Assembly: GCA_004764695.1 (NCBI GenBank)
Contig: SMSO01000034.1
Coordinates: forward strand, 4,526,001-4,590,000
Direction: 5' to 3'
DNA from: Schizochytrium sp. TIO01
Lineage: Eukaryota; Protista; Bigyra: Labyrinthulomycetes
Length of the DNA: 64,000 nucleotides
Under the pieces are notes generated by a model that saw only the letters and a list, made by a program, of their open reading frames with translations, did not search any database and was not told where the DNA came from. This document shows, one piece after another, positions 10,925-22,823 of this stretch. A program made the position numbers and the translations under genes. Each line of letters opens with the position of its first letter. The stretch's first letter is position 1.

Positions 10925-12999
10925 AGACTCGAGACCGTCAGGCTATCGTCATCATCAAGATTACTCGGGTCATAACTCCATCCAAGCACTATAGAGAACG
11001 ACAACATGAAGGAACTCACTCAGTTTCTACCTCTCGCCTTGCCACAAGATCAATCCCACTGTTTGTACCGGTCCGTGGCGTCGACGGAGATCAACTCTAC
11101 AGTCCCGAGATACCCACGCAAGCAACCCACATTCAGCCCACCTTTACTTTAATCATTTTGCTATTTATCATTGTAAATTGAAAACACTTTTTGTTTTGTT
11201 TTTTTGTTAAGAGTAGAAAAAAAGACCGAAATCATGAAAATATTTTAGAAGAAAAGAGAGTTCTTTCTGAAGAATTCGCAGAAACAGTCAGTCATTCCAA
11301 AGATCTCGATATCTCCCAGAACTGCTGATAGATCGGCACTTGACCAAACAGTGTAGATGGAGTTAGGAGGAAGCCAAATCTATTTCAAGCTCAATCGACA
11401 GATTTCTACAGCAAGTTAAACAGCCAATTTTAATAAAGCCAATGTTTGCGGAGTAAATTAAAATAGATACCTGATATACTGCTGCATTAGACTGCATTCT
11501 ATCGCATCTCAGTACTACGTTTAATTGTTTAAAGTGCATTGCATCTCATGCTATGCTAGATTATGAAGCGGTGGCATACGCGGCGCACACCCTCACATTT
11601 CTCGCAAAACAAATGAACTATTTGGACAGACCATCGCGAGTCGAATCCTTTTGTTGCTGTCACTGCTCGAGCTCGCTGTTTGATCTACTCTTGTTCTGTA
11701 GTTCCTGTTTGTGCAAAGTCTTGGGTGCTCAATAGAGCTTACAAAGTATAAATGCGACAAATAAATCGGACACGCTGAAAGCCATGGCCTTGAAAGCGAT
11801 GCCACGGGGGAATTTCTGGACAAGATGTCCGATGGTCGGTACAAAGCAGCAACGATCGCAATGAAAGCAACATTGCCGGATCGAGAGGTCTTACATTACA
11901 CTCCGTCCATAGCGAACTAAGATCCCGACGATTATGCTTTCAGACTCGCGCATATTGCACATGGCCATCGTTGATTGGGTGCCTCCAGGATCACGTCAGA
12001 ATGGATGAGCTAACTCCATCAGCCAAGCAAAACAAAATCATGAATGCCATATGCAGATCTTGTCTTAAGTTTCAATCTTGGAACGTGCCGCTTTGCACAG
12101 CTTTTATATCTTGAAATGCAATCAAACCAATTATTATCGCTGGTGGCAGGCAGGCAGGCATCACGATAGCAAGCACACGAAATATCTGCCTGGTTTAAGC
12201 GAGCTGCAGACGGTGTAGACAATCGCTACCTGCGTCGACCAGGCTTCGTCTTGAACTGCGCTAGAGTGCTCATCTTTGCAAACTCCATGAGGTAGGTATC
12301 ATCGCGTTCTTCTCAATCCAGACGGCTTGAGGGGGTACTATACAAACTACCCCGAACATTCTCTTTACTAACCAACATATTATTTTTGTAAATCCACGCA
12401 TAAACTCCCCCTCAGCACCTTTTTGTACCAAAGGGGTTATTGTGAACGTATTCAATGGCAGCACCCCGTGAGAGATATGGCGGTCTGAGTGGTTCGGAGA
12501 AATAAATTTCCAATGTGGCCCTGCAGCGTCCCGAATCTAAAAACGAAGGACGAATTAATCAGCCTCTCGAAGGGCTCCAAAGCCAGCCCTTGCAGCGGCA
12601 GCTAGGCCCGTTGCGAGGCGGAAGACCGCACAAATGGCCCTCGAGGCTCTAGCAGGGGCGGCGCCAGAGCCCTTCCAGCGGGCAGCCCGAACCCGAAGGA
12701 ACCGAGGGGCGAGAATCCAACCGGAAGGCAAGAGCACATTACACAAGAGGCCTCTACTACCTCGAAAGGAGAGAGCGGTTACTATAGAGTAAAATTCTGT
12801 AAAGTGGAACAAAAGTTTTTATACAGTAGGTTATAGTTTACGGAAAGTAGAGCAAAGTTTTGCAAGTGGGATATTTGAAGTAGGATCAAACAAATTGGGT
12901 AAATCAAATCCATCGGATCTCAGAGAAACCAAAGCAGAGCGCGAACTGAGCTTGGGAGATTTCGTCTGGACAACTCGGGTCCACAAGCCTTTTGCGAGA

Positions 13000-14220
13000 A
13001 TGCAGCGCCGGGCCGGGTCTGCCGCTCTGCTGCGTGCGTCACAGCAGCTGCACGGCCTTCCCTCCTTCTCTGGAGCGGCTTCGTCATTCTCTTCGTCAGC
13101 ATCCTCCTCGGACGATGGCGATAAGCCCAGCTTCGAGCAGCTGGTTGGCAACACCCGTATGGTACGCCTCGACTTTGCCTCCAAGCTGACTGGCTGCAAC
13201 ATCCTTGCCAAATGCGAATATGAGAACCCTGGCGGCTCCATCAAAGATCGCGCTGCGTTATGGATGATCCGCGATGCTGAAGCCCGCGGTCTGCTTAAGC
13301 GTGGTGAGCCTGGCGTCGTCGTGGAGGGTACGGCAGGCAACACCGGTATTGGTCTCGCTCTGGCTGCTCGCGTCTTTGGGTACCGCTGCATCATTGGTAT
13401 TGCTTCTTCGCAGTCTGAGGAAAAGAAAGCTACTTTGAGACTTGCTGGCGCATCATTGGTCGAAGTTCCTCCAGTGCCGTACAAGAACCCCAACAACTAC
13501 GTGCACGTCGCCAAGAGACTTGCCGCTGAAATCAAGAGCACCACTGGCATGAACACACTCTACGCCGACCAGTGGGATAACCTTGCCAACCGCCGTGCCC
13601 ATGTGGAATCTACAGGCCCCGAGATCGCCCGCCAGGCCATTGAGATGACTGGCAGGCTCGATGCCTTCTCCTGTGCCATGGGCACTGGAGGAACCCTTGC
13701 AGGCACCTCCGAGTATCTCCGGGCTAATGTACCGGGTATCAAGATCGGTCTCACCGATCCCTGCGGAGCTGCTCTTTACAGATACTTCACCGAGGGTGAG
13801 CTCAGGTCTGAAGGTAGCTCCATCACCGAGGGCATTGGACAAGGACGGATCACAGGCAACATGGAGGGCTTTAGACCCGACTTGCTCCACGAAATTCCGG
13901 ATACGGAGATGATCAATACGCTGTACGAATTGCTGGAGAAAGAAGGACTCGCGGTCGGTGGCTCCGCTGCGATCAATGTCGCAGGAGCTATTAGAATTGC
14001 TAAGGACCTTGGACCAGGACACACTGTGGTGACTGTGCTCTGTGATTTGGGACAGCGTTATGCATCGAAACTGTACAACCCGAGTTTCTTGGCAAGCAAG
14101 GGACTCCCGATTGCACCGTGGCTGCACACACAAGACCAACAGGAAGACCTTGACCCTGAGTTCTTTACGGCACTCCATGAGGCAACCATCAGGGCCACAG
14201 CACCCGTGGACGAGGCCTAA
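13000..14220 (+). CDS. cysK: Cysteine synthase (O-acetylserine sulfhydrylase, PLP-dependent), probable mitochondrial presequence
   Basis: PLP lysine motif 'KCEYENPGGSIKDRAA', 'EGTAGNTGIGLA', 'GTGGTLAG', 'EGIG'. R/S/A-rich N-terminus from ATG 13000; the ORF track starts at an upstream TTG. Confidence 0.92.
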   Translation: MQRRAGSAALLRASQQLHGLPSFSGAASSFSSSASSSDDGDKPSFEQLVGNTRMVRLDFASKLTGCNILAKCEYENPGGSIKDRAALWMIRDAEARGLLKRGEPGVVVEGTAGNTGIGLALAARVFGYRCIIGIASSQSEEKKATLRLAGASLVEVPPVPYKNPNNYVHVAKRLAAEIKSTTGMNTLYADQWDNLANRRAHVESTGPEIARQAIEMTGRLDAFSCAMGTGGTLAGTSEYLRANVPGIKIGLTDPCGAALYRYFTEGELRSEGSSITEGIGQGRITGNMEGFRPDLLHEIPDTEMINTLYELLEKEGLAVGGSAAINVAGAIRIAKDLGPGHTVVTVLCDLGQRYASKLYNPSFLASKGLPIAPWLHTQDQQEDLDPEFFTALHEATIRATAPVDEA

Positions 14221-14994
14221 ATTGATCATGCATCTTACTCATGATAACATTTTGTCGTGCCTCGGCGACTGACGCGAATTTTCCTTTCACTCTGTTTTCG
14301 TATGACGCCTGCTGTGCGAGGAGCACCATGGTAGAATGTGAACCTCGCTCGCCTCTATAACACACTCGTTAACTCAAAATTAACTTCTTTTTTAAAAACT
14401 GTCGCTACTATCTCTGCCTCATGGTAGGGAAATGACTCCTCTTTCGCTCAAGCAAGTCTCTGTTTGAATCCCTTGCACTTGGATGCTATAGTACCATGAT
14501 TTGATCTGCCAAGGCGGCATCCATGCGTAAATCATTAATGGGACTTACACGTATGCGAGATTCTGAGACTTACACTCAAACTTGAGAAGAACCCTGGCAA
14601 TGACATACATAACCTTTAAAGAAAGGAAAAGCTGTTCTGTTAAGCTTTGTTTAGCGGGGGAAGCTTGTCCGTATTAGTCACACCAGCTGTTGCGCCCATC
14701 ATGCATGTTTAAGGTAGAGAAAAGGGTTCTCAACCCACAACATATGGAAATTGTAAAAATAGTCATTTCGCGCGAATGTTTTGTGTCTTATTATTTTGGT
14801 ATAGAATATGTAGTTTTATGATGGTGCTGAACTAATGAAAGGTAGGAAAGCTAAGTCGTTGCAACCACACCTCGCCATTCTAAACATGAATCACTTGTTT
14901 CAATCTGCATTTAAGCGGACAGGACTAGCGAGAAGCGGCAACATGTGATAGGAGGGATGAGAAATGTCATATGTGTTTGTGCAAGAGGTATAAC

Positions 14995-17900
14995 TTAGTT
15001 CTTCTTGCGCTTGTGCTTGGACGCAGAAGAGCGCTGGAACTTGCGGCTCGAGCCAGCAGGGGTAGAGCTGCCGCCGTGGCTCTTACGGGCCTTCTTGGCA
15101 GTCTTAGGCGCCTCTGCTTCCTCATCGTCGTCGTCAGCAGAACGCTTTACTTTGACACTCACGATCCCGTGGCTGCCAATGCCATTCTTGGTGGCCTCCG
15201 CAAGCTCAGAAGCATCGCCCTTAATAGCGTACTTCTCAAGGTTGAGCTTCTTAATCACCTCGTCCTGGAGAGAAGACATCTTCTTGAGGGCAGCAGTACC
15301 CTCCTCTGCCTGCTCGGCAGACATGGAAGAAGAGAGGGGCTGGAGCACCTCGCCCTTGCGGATCTTGCTCTGCAAGTCCAAAGCAGAGCGCATACCAGCG
15401 TCTTGGTTGAGCTCCTCTTCGGCCTGGCGCTTCTGGATATCGTCGAGCACAGAGCAGAGCTTACGAACAGACTTGTTGAAGAGGGCAAGCAGCTGCGAGC
15501 CGGGCATGTCGTATTCGCCACCAAGATCATCGACATTCTTGTGCTGCAGACCCATGCCGAGAAGGAGAGCACGCTGCAGGAATGAAAGACTCAAGGAGCC
15601 TGGCAGACGGTCCTCGAAGAAGATACGGGCTACATCCGGAAGCAAATCAGTTACCAAATGGAAGTCCACCAAGTTACGGGAGTAGGCCTCAAGGCGCTTC
15701 ACGTCGTGCGGTGAAAGGAGAACATGGAGGTCGCGAGCAGAGATCTCGTTCTGAGAATCAGCCTTCTCGGTACCGGCATCCATGTCCTGAGCAGTCACAG
15801 TGGTACCCTTGACGGCGGTGTTCACAATACTGAGGGCAAGAGTCGACTCCAACTTGCGGAAGGGGCCAGCAAGAAGGTTAATGAAGCGACGGGCGAAATC
15901 CTTGCAAAAGCTGTGTAATAGGAAATAAAACAGGCATTCAACCACCATTTATCCAGAACAGAACAAAGTCGGGTTGCATAAACGGGGTTAGGATCATGTT
16001 AGTTGGTCAATTCTTCGATGAAAACAAGGACGACACTCAAAAGAACCAAAGACTCCACCTATTATTGCGAAGAGATTATGATACGCAAAGAAACGAAAAT
16101 GGCCACAGACAAAATGTCCCAGTCGCATCTGACCCAACGAGAGGTGCAACTCTCTCCACGCCAGTCTATCTAAACGCCTGGGTACACACCAATGCGTGAA
16201 ATCGTGTTGCGAAGCTCAAAATGAGTCTGCCTTGCGGCCTGCAGAGTAATTTGAAGATAACCCATCTCAACACCGGCTTCCTTCCCCTCACTCATATTAA
16301 TGGGAAAGAGCTAAAGTCACACAAGTGTCGATTTAAGAGTATGTTCTGCACACACGCTCTTGTTAAGATATTATATAGTATGAAGTTGGCAGACCGATCA
16401 AACAGACTGTCAGACTACTACTACAGTCAAACAAAACAAGCTCTGGGCCTTCGCGTATAGGGAATAGATGGGTTGGACTCATATTTTCATAACTTGCACC
16501 ATACACTCTTCTATTTCGACAAATCGAATTTTTACTACATGAAACAGTAAATGGTTACATGAGGTATGCTCAGGTTTGAGATTTTAATAGATACAGCCTT
16601 GTGGCAAGCACAAGGAAAGTTATCGAGAAAAAAACTTACTTCTCCTCCCACTTAGATTCAAGGCCATCGTTGAGGTCCGAGGTGTCGAGCGGGCTGATCA
16701 TAATGTTCGTAAACTCGCCAGTAAGGTCGTTGGCGGTCTGACGCAGGTATAAGGGACGGAATCCACTGGTGCTCCAGAACGAGAAGAGCTTGGAGGTAAG
16801 ACCATAAGAAACGGAAAGGTAGTGAAGACGAGGCGGCTGCAAATCGGCAAGCTCGACCAAAAGAGGCTGAAGACGCTTGCGCGGGCGGATCTTCTCCTTA
16901 AGAATGTTGGTTTCCCCCTTGTCAACAAGCTCGACGCGCTCAAAGTTATCCTGCTCCGGGGTGTCATCATTCACAAGTTCACCCTGATAGAAACGTCTCA
17001 GGAGCTCAAGGGCACGCTTACCATAACCCATGCGAGTGGCACTCGGATGAGAGGCAATTCCGCACAACGCGTGCACCATCAAGGCGAGCAAAGTCATTGT
17101 CCTGAAACTGCTGCGAGATAGTCCACGGCACAAGGTCGCCATTCGCGCGGTTGCCGTGACGGAGTTGTGCCTCGACATGTTTTCTTGAGATACCACCCTC
17201 GAGGGCAACTTGCACTGCGCAGAGAATGTCGGGAAGGGAGTCTTTAGCCTTTCCATCTTCATCCTCGTTATCATCTTCATTCTCCTGCTGAGGTCCAAGT
17301 AGAACAAAGAGGCGGTGAGCCGGTGCATCAGACAGCAGCTGGAGATCGTTGGGACTGTTTTTGTAGTGAGATGCCACGAAGAGTGACCAGATTCTCTGGA
17401 GAAGGGCCTCGCTCACGGCATGGTGGGAAAAGAGGGTATCACGGTCCACAGCAAAGAGTGTGCAGTTGTTAGGATGCGGTGTTCCCGCCTTCAGTACCTG
17501 TGTCATGTTCGTCGCCTCAAGGCACAAGGTATGGTTGAGCCACGCCTCGACTGGGTCCTTATCCGAATATCTGATCGGCTCCTTGAGTTCAATCTCGCGG
17601 AGTGTTCGCGACGACGAAGATGTATCTGCGCTTTCTCTAGCAGCCACTGCCTGGGCATCTGCGGCCTCTTTGTTGCCCTTGCGGTACATAAATTCGTTAG
17701 TTCTCCAACCTTGAGCAGCGCTCTTTGCGCGAGCTGAGGAAACTCTGAGTTGGTTAATGAGTTTCACGGAAAGCGATCGTCCGGTACCTTCGTATCCGTC
17801 AATGGTAGAACTCATGAAGACCAGGTACGGTCCAATGAGGCTGCGTACAAGAGGCAAAGGAATTGCAGCGGCCTCATCGACAACCACGAGCTCAGCCTGG

Positions 17901-19051
17901 GCAAGCTTAGCGCTGTCATGGGGTTCGATGTACTGGATAGTCTGGCGGTGCTCGTGAAAGATGTTCACGCGAACCACGGCCTTGTTGAAGTCTGGGTTTG
18001 TACTCTGAATAATTTCGTAGTCGATGTGCTCCTTGTAGGCGATGGCATCAAGTCCCTTGAAGAGAAACTCAAAGACAGTCTTCAAGTTCTCAGGGCTAGG
18101 GGACGTCACAAAGATGTTGCTGTATCCAAATGCAACCGCAGAGGCCAAGCCCAAACCAAGGGCAGCGGACTTTCCGCGACCACGACCAGCGGTCAAGGTC
18201 ACGGTGGATGCAAGGCTCTTATCGGCCACGGACTCGATGAAGGTCAAAATTGCCTGAGCCTGGTCAAGAGTCTTGGCAAGAGAAACGAGGTTGCTTGCAG
18301 GCTGCGTGCCTTGAAGGCTCTCTTTAAGTTCAACGAGCTGCTTGCTTGCAGCAGACTCGAGCTGACCGGTCTCAGCGCCAGTGAGAGGGCCTTCAATGGG
18401 CTGGATTTCACGGATGTGCTTCGAAATCGGCAAGATGTTGAGCTCATCATCCATAACAGCACAGGCTTCGCAAGAAGAAAGCGACAAGATAAACCGCTCG
18501 TTGAAACGAGGCTTGACCGTGTCGTAAGCCTGGGTCCGGAACCTCGAGTGGACATCCATGGACATCGTGTAAAGCTGTCGAAGAGAGTCAAGCTTACGCA
18601 AAAGCAGAACCACGACGCCACCGCCTTCGACAGTCTCAACTGTACGGGCAAGAAGGTTCGGGGTAAGAGCCTCAAAATCCTGAAGCACGCACATTCCAAA
18701 GGTTTGACCCAAAACCTTGTCAGTGTCCTTGTAGTAGCGCCACTGGATCTGCGTGGAGGCTACAAAAAGCTCAAAAGGGTCATCACGCTCTGCATCGTAG
18801 AGGCCGCGTTGGACTTGCTTCTTGATTTGACGCATGCGTTTCTTTTTGTGAGTGGAGAATCCAAGCTCCTTTTTGTAGCACCAAAGCACAGAGGGTCGTG
18901 CCTTGACTTGGAGTTTGCTAAGAATGTAGTGGATGTTCACCACCTGATCTTTACCGCCATCACCGACAAGAACAATGAGAGAACGGTGCCGGTTCTTGAC
19001 ACCATTCTCTAGCAGCGTGCGAAGACGCTCGTCAACCTTCTTGCGGACCAT
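14995..19051 (-). CDS. NAT10: RNA cytidine acetyltransferase NAT10/Kre33; exons 19051-16640 and 15910-14995, with an apparent +1 frameshift at ~17058-17061
   Basis: N-terminus MVRKKVDERLRTLLENGV, helicase motifs TAGRGRGKSAALG, DEAAAIPLP, GYEGTGRSL, SHYKNSPNDLQLLSDAPAH, and GNAT 'RIASHP...GYGKRALELL' split across two frames. Splicing gives 'WEENFCKDFARRFINLL'; basic NLS-like C-terminus. Confidence 0.93.
15911..16639 (-). other. Spliceosomal intron (729 nt) of NAT10
   Basis: GTAAGT donor at 16639, ACTAAC at 16003-15998, ACACAG acceptor at 15911. In-frame join AA|C (Asn). Confidence 0.85.
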
Positions 19052-20635
19052 ATTTGTTGATCGACGATGTTAGAAATCGTCAACGCCAGCCACAGAAAGG
19101 GAAAATAAACTCCACGCAGATCAACCCTAGCGACCAAACGCAAAGACCGACCTCGTGACAAGAATCAAGTGTGAACCGATATCGCACGCAACTCTACGCC
19201 GGCGAGCGAGCGCAGGCCAGCAGAGCGAATCGGGTTTGGGTCCACGACGTGTAGACTTTCAATGGAATCAGTACCAGTGATTACTCGGAGCGCTTCGATA
19301 TTGTATAAACTTCTATACTTTAGTACTCCCAAAGTAGGTTATAGGTCCAGTCAAAGTCAAGTATTTAAATAATCTACTTTATAATTCCAACCACAAATCG
19401 AGAAAGTAAAGAACAAGATTGTATTGGCTATCGAGAGAACACAAAGTGGGTTATTGTGCTTCAAGACTTTTGGTGATTCATAGCTCAAAGCAACGCTGGA
19501 GGAGCGTTTAGAAAGCTGGGTAAAATACTGAAAGCCTGGGTAGAATTGGGTTTAGTTTTACATGCAGATAGGTGATGCACTGGTATACTTTAAGAATCAG
19601 TACAGCCGTGAGCAAGAGAAGGAGGATGACTGGCACCCACAAAGTTATCTATTTATATCAATATTTGGCTATATAAAGTTATGTATTGATAACATTATTT
19701 ACAGGGGTGTAGCGCTAGCAGGATCAATGATTTTTGAAGCATGTATTAGTCTACTAAGCTAGTTTCCGCTCTAGTGAGGACAATAACAAAACGAAGCTAA
19801 GTATATGCAGAATCTCTCCAGATTTTGTAACTTTGCTTGAATTATCTGTGGTGTGATAATCTTAGTGTTGACCAAAAAAAATTTACAGGAAAGCGAAAGT
19901 TTCCATCGTTCAATACAAAATGAGCATCGAGATGGACTTTTAAAAATGAATTTCGGTCGAAGGGCTTCGTACTCGGCTTTCATATCAAGAAGGTTGTCTC
20001 AGCTTCCAAATTTAGGACACCAGCCTCTACTATCCATTGAATATCGAGGTTTTAGTCAGATCTTTAGGATCTTCGTGAAAAGCATAGAGGACTTGTTTCC
20101 ATGAAAGCAGAAATATGATGAAATAAATAAGTTCTTGCTGAAAAGCTTGTCTTTGAAAAGGTATGGTGCGTAAGAGATAGAAATGAGATGCTGGATAAAT
20201 CCTATATCAGTTGAAAAAGAGGCAAATTGATAATAATAACAACTCACATGTTTTTGTTTTGTTTTTTTAAAGAAAGAAAAATGGTTGTTTACAAACGAAG
20301 AGTAGAACGTATTTGTATGATCAGTCACAGTTGCAGGTATGCTGTTGTCACTTAAATGATGCGAAGGCGCCGAGCTTGACCCTTGTAAAAGTATGCTCGG
20401 TGTCCATTTGTCGTCATGTTTGACAAACATTTCTTACAAGTGAAGAATAAGCTAGCAAGCCTGCAAAGCCAGAGAAATAAATGGAATGTACAGGGCTACT
20501 GAATGACTGAATAGCTAGTAATTTTCAAAGCCTAGGTCATGAACTAAGTTTGCTGGCACGCCTAGATAAGGTTCAATTATATCCTCCTTAAAGGGATGCT
20601 CGTGACCATGCTCAGGCAACAGAACTCAAGATTGC

Positions 20636-21715
20636 TTATTCTTGAACCGTGAATCGGCCTGCGCGGACTACACGTTTGATTGAGAGGCGTTGACCCAAAG
20701 ATTTGCGCCAGCTTTTGCGCGAAGAAGGATTTGAGCCGGAGGATGAAGTGGATGCTTCTGAGATGCTACCACGCCCGGGAAGATCTTCTTGACCCTGAGG
20801 CTGGACAGGTGCATCTTCAGCTGGCTCATCGCCGTGAAACCCAATCACGTTGACTAACTCACCGTCCTCATACTGAACGTCACGCCAAGGCTGTCCTTCA
20901 TCATTATATTCCGTACCATTTCCGCAGCGAAGGCCACATGAATATTCACCCTCATACTTGAGAGTTCCATCCGCTCGGAATGACTTTCCCATACCATGAC
21001 GTTGGTCATAACGGTAATGGCCCTCAAACCGAGCGCCATTTGCTGAGTAGTAAATGCCTGCACCTGCGAAGTAATCGTTCTCAAACATACCCTCATAGCG
21101 GTCTCCGTTGCGGAAATAGTATGTTCCACGTCCGTGCATCTTGCCAAAGAGAACGGTGCCAATGTACTTTATGTCTCCATTGGGATAGTACAAAGTGCGG
21201 TCGATGGCGTCCCAGTCAACTGGAGCCTCAACAAAGCTCTGTTTGGCGCGTCGACGACGAACGTGACCATTTTCAAGATATGCTTTGTGCTCTTCATAGC
21301 AATGCACGATTTCCGAGACATCTGCGTCTCCCGTGAAATCAAGAACTTGGCTTTCGAGCTTGTTAGCTTCGATAAAGTCAGCGTATGGGCTCCCCTCCTC
21401 GAGGAGCTCAGGCTCTAGGAATACCAGAAGGATGCCAGCGCTTCCGAGCGAGCGGTGTGCATAGTTCCATTCATGTGAGCACCAGCTGAGGCGATTGCTG
21501 TCGTCAGTGAGCAATTGATCAATATAGCTCATGGTCAAGAAACAAATGACCATGTCGCATTCATCAATATGGTTTGTGAGAGACTCCATGATGTCTCCAG
21601 CCACCCGGTGCTCCTCAAAGCATGTGCCAATGCCACCCTCCATGAGCTCATAATTGATCGATGCAACACGATCAAGTGTATCTTCTTTCCAATCATAACT
21701 TAAGAAAAGACTCAT
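20636..21715 (-). CDS. TIR-domain (TIR_2-like) plus MORN-repeat protein, 359 aa
   Basis: N-terminal 'LFLSYDW...DECDMVICFLTMSY...WCSHEWNYA...ILLVFLE' TIR pattern, then four MORN repeats (Y/F-x-G-x4-G/D-x2-x-G-x-G, e.g. YEGMFENDYFAGAG), then a Ser/basic tail. Confidence 0.8.
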   Translation of the reverse strand: MSLFLSYDWKEDTLDRVASINYELMEGGIGTCFEEHRVAGDIMESLTNHIDECDMVICFLTMSYIDQLLTDDSNRLSWCSHEWNYAHRSLGSAGILLVFLEPELLEEGSPYADFIEANKLESQVLDFTGDADVSEIVHCYEEHKAYLENGHVRRRRAKQSFVEAPVDWDAIDRTLYYPNGDIKYIGTVLFGKMHGRGTYYFRNGDRYEGMFENDYFAGAGIYYSANGARFEGHYRYDQRHGMGKSFRADGTLKYEGEYSCGLRCGNGTEYNDEGQPWRDVQYEDGELVNVIGFHGDEPAEDAPVQPQGQEDLPGRGSISEASTSSSGSNPSSRKSWRKSLGQRLSIKRVVRAGRFTVQE

Positions 21716-22823
21716 TTTGCCTGTGCGAGATGTCTTTGCTTGCTTACTTGGTTGGTTGCTTGTTTGCTCGGACCTTTATTCGGCCTCTCAGATGATTCGT
21801 GCTCTGCTTCTACTCTACTTCGATGTCTTGATGGCTTCTGTGTCGATGCAGGAGGGAAGTATTGTTGTTTGCTTGGACCTTGCGCACCAGATGAGGATGG
21901 CCAATTTAGGTTTTGCTTTGCATGCTAGGCTGCCTCGAGTCGAGAACCCCAACTCCACCCGGGGCTTTGTATTTTTCAACTTGGTAGATGTGCTTTAGTA
22001 CCCGAACAACTCTTTTAACGATTCTCGTACGTCCAGCTACGTCATTATTCAGAGGCTCTTCCTTTAATCCTCCTACTCACTTCAGTGAAAACTCACGTGA
22101 AAACATTTATATCTTGAAACGTGTTCTAATTTCACAACTCAAAGTACGGGAAAGTGTCGAGGCTTTTGGAGCAGCCTTGATTTCCATAAGTTTTAGGAGC
22201 ACTTGCTTGAGCGCTCTGGGCTGCTCCTTTCGTCTGGCCCTTAAAAACCATCCAGAGCTGGCTGCAGCAGCAGCAGCAGCAGCAGGTGTCACGGACGCCT
22301 CGATCCTGCGCGGGAACTCTATTCTCTGCGCAGCTGCGAGGTAAAGCACAAGTCGAGCTGGGATGTGAAGGCCGGACACCAGTTACAAGGTGAGTGAGTG
22401 AGTGAGTGAGTGTGTGCCCCTTTAAGGGTTCTAAAATGTAATACAGTCGGTGCTAGCAAACGCTAGCTTGGTCCTATACGCAGGGGCCGAGTACAAGAGC
22501 TTCTCTTTCTTTTAGTCTCAGTGAGATTCGCTTGGCACAGAGATGTTCTTTGTGGAGCTCAGACTACGTAACCAATTTTTGCGGCTCGTTTGGCGTTACG
22601 GGGACCTTTGGCTTGACCCAGAGACGAGTGCCTTTATAATGGATGCAACTGCAGCATCTTTGTCCATTCTAATAGTTTTAGGCACCTGGTACTATTTATT
22701 CCTTTTGGTCTTGTTTTTTGGGCCTGGTTTAGCAGACTTTGGTAGACTTTGGAAAACGCGGACGGGAACTTATTGGGCGAAGGTTTGGAACTTGGAGGGA
22801 GAACTTGAAGAACCTCGAAGTCT

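Noticed and set aside
17750-19012. 420-aa plus-strand ORF (and similar long antisense ORFs at 13453-14229, 14971-15685, 54597-55337)
   Set aside because: Antisense shadows of strongly codon-biased real genes (NAT10, cysteine synthase, PSMB1); no domain features.
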